DNA of 55,822 bases, from IMG/VR virus record IMGVR_UViG_3300031565_000042, one strand, 5' to 3'. Each line of letters opens with the position of its first letter. Positions within the stretch are counted from its first letter, which is position 1. The translations under genes and the position numbers were made by a program. The notes beneath the pieces were generated by a model. The model did not search any database and was not told the origin of the DNA. It saw only the letters and a program-made list of their open reading frames with translations. Below, piece by piece: positions 53,575 through 55,822 of this stretch. This DNA is from a virus.

Positions 53575-54277
53575 ATTTGCTCACGCTGCTCCGTAGGACA
53601 TCGACAATATATTCAATCAGCGCTAGGATTTGTTCACCACTCATGCTGTTTGATGATTGATGAATTCTTTTGGTTTCACTTTCTAAAATCTTTCTACGTT
53701 GTTCGATTACTTCTCGCACTTCATTCCATACGCTCCCACTTTGTACTCCTACGGTGAAGAGCAAATCGAGTTTATCCAGGGCGTGTTTCATAGCGGCTGC
53801 ATTCTTCTCTCGCTGAAATCTTTTGAATTCTTCAAAGGCTTCACGGGCTTTTACAAAGGTTTCCATATTTTCTGGTTTGTTCAGAGCTACGAGAAGTTGC
53901 TGCAGATGTAAATCCATCAGCCTCAAATCAGGTTGGTGGGATAGGAACTCAGGATCATCCTTGGATTCTTCATATTGTTTCCGAAGATCCATAGGGAGAT
54001 ATCGGGAATATCTTCCATGTTTATAACGACCTGATGCGATTCCTGCTAAGGACTTCCCGCCGTGAAGTTTACACCGCCGCTTTCCCTTGATCGGTGGCTT
54101 CCGGCAAAACTGCCCAGGCTTCTTTCTCAGTTGAGCCCCGCATCGTTTGATTTCCTTACAGCTTTCGTCCTCGGTTAAGGGCTTCCGACTGGGCTCTTGT
54201 CTCATTTCGTTTTGTTCTTCCATAAAATTTGGAGCGGGTAGGTCGGAGTCACACCGCCGCTGTGGTGAGGGTATCAC
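53462..54277 (-). CDS. putative small terminase / DNA-binding protein
   Basis: It lies upstream of the large terminase gene. CKLHGGKSLAGIASGRYKHGRYS is an HGGxS-type motif. The start is ambiguous (GTG 54277 or ATG 54223). Confidence 0.45.
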   Translation of the reverse strand: MIPSPQRRCDSDLPAPNFMEEQNEMRQEPSRKPLTEDESCKEIKRCGAQLRKKPGQFCRKPPIKGKRRCKLHGGKSLAGIASGRYKHGRYSRYLPMDLRKQYEESKDDPEFLSHQPDLRLMDLHLQQLLVALNKPENMETFVKAREAFEEFKRFQREKNAAAMKHALDKLDLLFTVGVQSGSVWNEVREVIEQRRKILESETKRIHQSSNSMSGEQILALIEYIVDVLRSSVSKYADRLIASKILQQVTTDIGVVVSRPDQASASTARLLA

Positions 54278-54893
54278 CCATCGCTTTCTTTACCCGCTTA
54301 ACATAGGGTTGCTTCAGAGGAAGGACAAAGGCTCTCATCCGTCCATCTAAGGGCATGAGGTATCGATGCTTCCCCGATTTCAATCTCTGGGGAAGTTGCT
54401 TGCAATGTTCAGGTGAAAGCCTTTTGTAGACATCAGTACAATGCCTCCAGGCTTTATTAAAATAATACTGATTCACATTCGCTGAAATGCCTGTATAGAT
54501 CCAATTCCCTCCCTGATAAATTCCTCCATGATGCCCTTCATCAGGATCGGCAAAAGAAGTCACTAAGCGAAGTTTCGGATTTGTTTTCTTGAGGAGTCTG
54601 AGACACACCGAAATCATTCTCGTAACTTCATAAACATGAGAACGAAGGGCGACCCTCACTAGTTCACACATTTCGTTTGGAAGGATCTTATATTGCTGAT
54701 GGGCATTCGAGCTGGTTCCAGTTCCAAAAAGAATCACGCCGACAAAATGCTCATCTTCCCAAACCCCAAACCGAATAATCTTATAGACGGGAATCGTTTT
54801 TGAGTAATGCCATTTTTGGCAGGCATACTTCGCAACCCTATTACTCACATAATCAACCAATAGAGTAGCCATGTTGCCTCGAATCGAAAGCAT
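54249..54893 (-). CDS. Mom-like / GNAT-fold putative DNA-modification acyltransferase
   Basis: KWHYSKTIPV...FGVWEDEHFVGVILFG...ELVRVAL...LVTSFADPDEGHHGGIYQGGNWIYTG is a pattern I recognise from proteins annotated as the Mom family. From memory, not searched. Confidence 0.45.
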   Translation of the reverse strand: MLSIRGNMATLLVDYVSNRVAKYACQKWHYSKTIPVYKIIRFGVWEDEHFVGVILFGTGTSSNAHQQYKILPNEMCELVRVALRSHVYEVTRMISVCLRLLKKTNPKLRLVTSFADPDEGHHGGIYQGGNWIYTGISANVNQYYFNKAWRHCTDVYKRLSPEHCKQLPQRLKSGKHRYLMPLDGRMRAFVLPLKQPYVKRVKKAMGDTLTTAAV

Positions 54894-55437
54894 GGTTGCA
54901 CTCAGGACATTTGACCCACTTCGGCTCTAGCGTATCAAGCTGAGAGACTTTGGCTGTTCTATCTGGAGTAAAGTCGGGCTGAGCATCAATGAGTAATTGC
55001 ATTTCATCTTCAGAAAATCCCGTTAAATTCTTCTCGGACTTTTCTCGCCATTTCATAAGCAAGGGAATCAGGTGATCCTCATCCCACTCTGAATGCTGAC
55101 TGATCTTATTATCAGCGATCATGTGGATTTCGGCTTCCTCGTCTGAACAATCCCAGATTCGAACAGGTACAACCTTCAGCCTGAGATTCTTTGCGGCTTT
55201 CAATCGAGCATGTCCGGCAATCACATTTTTTGTACTCTTCTGAATCAGCAAAGGATTCGTAAAGCCGAAGTGTAGAATGCCTATTTCCAGAAGCTCAATC
55301 TCATACTCAGAATGCTTGCGCGGATTTTTGGGATGAGGGAAAATTTTGTCAATCGGGTAGGTGTTACGGGATTCGAAATGCTCTGATTTTAAAATATGTT
55401 CAAGTGTTAAAGTCATGGTTTTATCTGCCAAGCTCAT
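54853..55437 (-). CDS. ParB-like N-terminal (ParB/Srx) domain protein with C-terminal zinc ribbon
   Basis: IFPHPKNPRKHSEYEIELLEIGILHFGFTNPLLI...VIAGHARLKAAKNL is the ParB-like nuclease-domain pattern. The C-terminus has CPECNHAF. Confidence 0.75.
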   Translation of the reverse strand: MSLADKTMTLTLEHILKSEHFESRNTYPIDKIFPHPKNPRKHSEYEIELLEIGILHFGFTNPLLIQKSTKNVIAGHARLKAAKNLRLKVVPVRIWDCSDEEAEIHMIADNKISQHSEWDEDHLIPLLMKWREKSEKNLTGFSEDEMQLLIDAQPDFTPDRTAKVSQLDTLEPKWVKCPECNHAFDSRQHGYSIG

Positions 55438-55618
55438 CCCTGTTTACCTTCTCTGTCTTTGATCGATACTTAAAACATTGATTGCCGTTAAAATATTCTG
55501 TTGGCATATAGTCGTTTGTTGGTTCTGTGCAAGTGCCCCGGATTGGCTCTTTTAGCCTGAGTAGGAAAAAGCGACATTGGCCACAACATTTTTCAAAGAA
55601 GTCATCAGCTGTGTCCAT
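55421..55618 (-). CDS. small Cys-rich protein
   Basis: Internal Met MDTADDFFEKCCGQCRFF...GTCTEP...GNQCFKY. The longer track ORF would run through the terminator hairpin. Confidence 0.5.
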   Translation of the reverse strand: MDTADDFFEKCCGQCRFFLLRLKEPIRGTCTEPTNDYMPTEYFNGNQCFKYRSKTEKVNRDELGR

Positions 55619-55630
55619 GTGTTTCTTTAG

Positions 55631-55671
55631 ATAAAAAGGCCAGGGAGGAAAACCAGAAAACCTCCCTGGCC
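55631..55671 (-). terminator. rho-independent terminator closing the early arm
   Basis: The minus strand reads GGCCAGGGAGG-ttttctggtttt-CCTCCCTGGCC, a perfect 11-bp stem, followed by TTTTTAT. It lies 59 nt downstream of the stop of ORF 36..398 when read across the junction. Confidence 0.85.
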
Positions 55672-55695
55672 TTCGACGGTAGGTTTCTGATGACG

Positions 55696-55822
55696 CTACC
55701 GGCTTGGGTAAACACAGCATAGCGCAATCATCAAGCTACCGTTTTCCTATACTGTGCCTTCAGTTTTACCATTATCGGGGCATTCAGTCGGATTTGTCCA
55801 TCATCTTGATTTCCCTTGCGCT
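55696..55822. repeat. terminal direct repeat, copy 2 (identical to 1..127)
   Basis: See copy 1. Confidence 0.97.

Overview
The window is a complete tailed dsDNA phage genome that closes on itself. Bases 1..127 are identical to 55696..55822, so the unique unit is 55,695 bp. All genes except a 2.4 kb block (18852..21267, + strand) are on the minus strand. They are tightly packed and very often coupled by ATGA, TAATG or TGATG stop/start overlaps.

Reading in the direction of minus-strand transcription:
- **Early/replication arm (18489 down to 36).** It carries an XRE regulator, SbcCD, a frameshifted HNH endonuclease and a DUF3846 protein. It also carries an Ala/Trp-rich GC-rich repeat protein, a RusA-like gene plus a truncated paralog, and a DUF1376 replication protein whose gene contains a phased iteron array. 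A G39P-like loader candidate, tRNA-Gln(UUG) and a beta-class DNA methyltransferase complete the arm.
- **Junction.** A strong intrinsic terminator (55631..55671) lies just across the circular junction.
- **Late arm (55618 down to 21255).**
  - Modification and packaging: ParB-like and Mom/GNAT-like genes, then the terminase genes.
  - Head: portal, MuF-like protein, scaffold and major capsid, followed by a second strong terminator.
  - A 4.5 kb block of unknown structural-looking genes.
  - Connector and neck genes, then the major tail protein.
  - G/GT tail chaperones with a canonical A_AAA_AAC -1 slippery site, then the tape measure.
  - An RcGTA-like distal tail module (DUF2460, DUF2163, NlpC/P60, host-specificity protein).
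  - Three tandem paralogous fibre-like genes and two more fibre genes.
  - A lysis cassette flanked by signal-peptide lectin, FN3 and lipoprotein genes.

No integrase, reverse transcriptase, CRISPR array, tail sheath or phage polymerase is visible.

The observations most worth follow-up are:
- the iteron/AT-rich candidate origin inside the replication gene;
- the GC-rich heptad-like Ala/Trp repeat protein;
- a 103-bp near-identical direct repeat linking one tail paralog to a small head-module gene that also carries perfect 60-bp tandem repeats;
- the unexplained structural block between the capsid and connector genes;
- the secreted lectin/FN3 genes around the lysis cassette;
- the ParB-like/Mom-like/methyltransferase DNA-modification set.

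All functional names come from motif recognition by eye. No database search was run.
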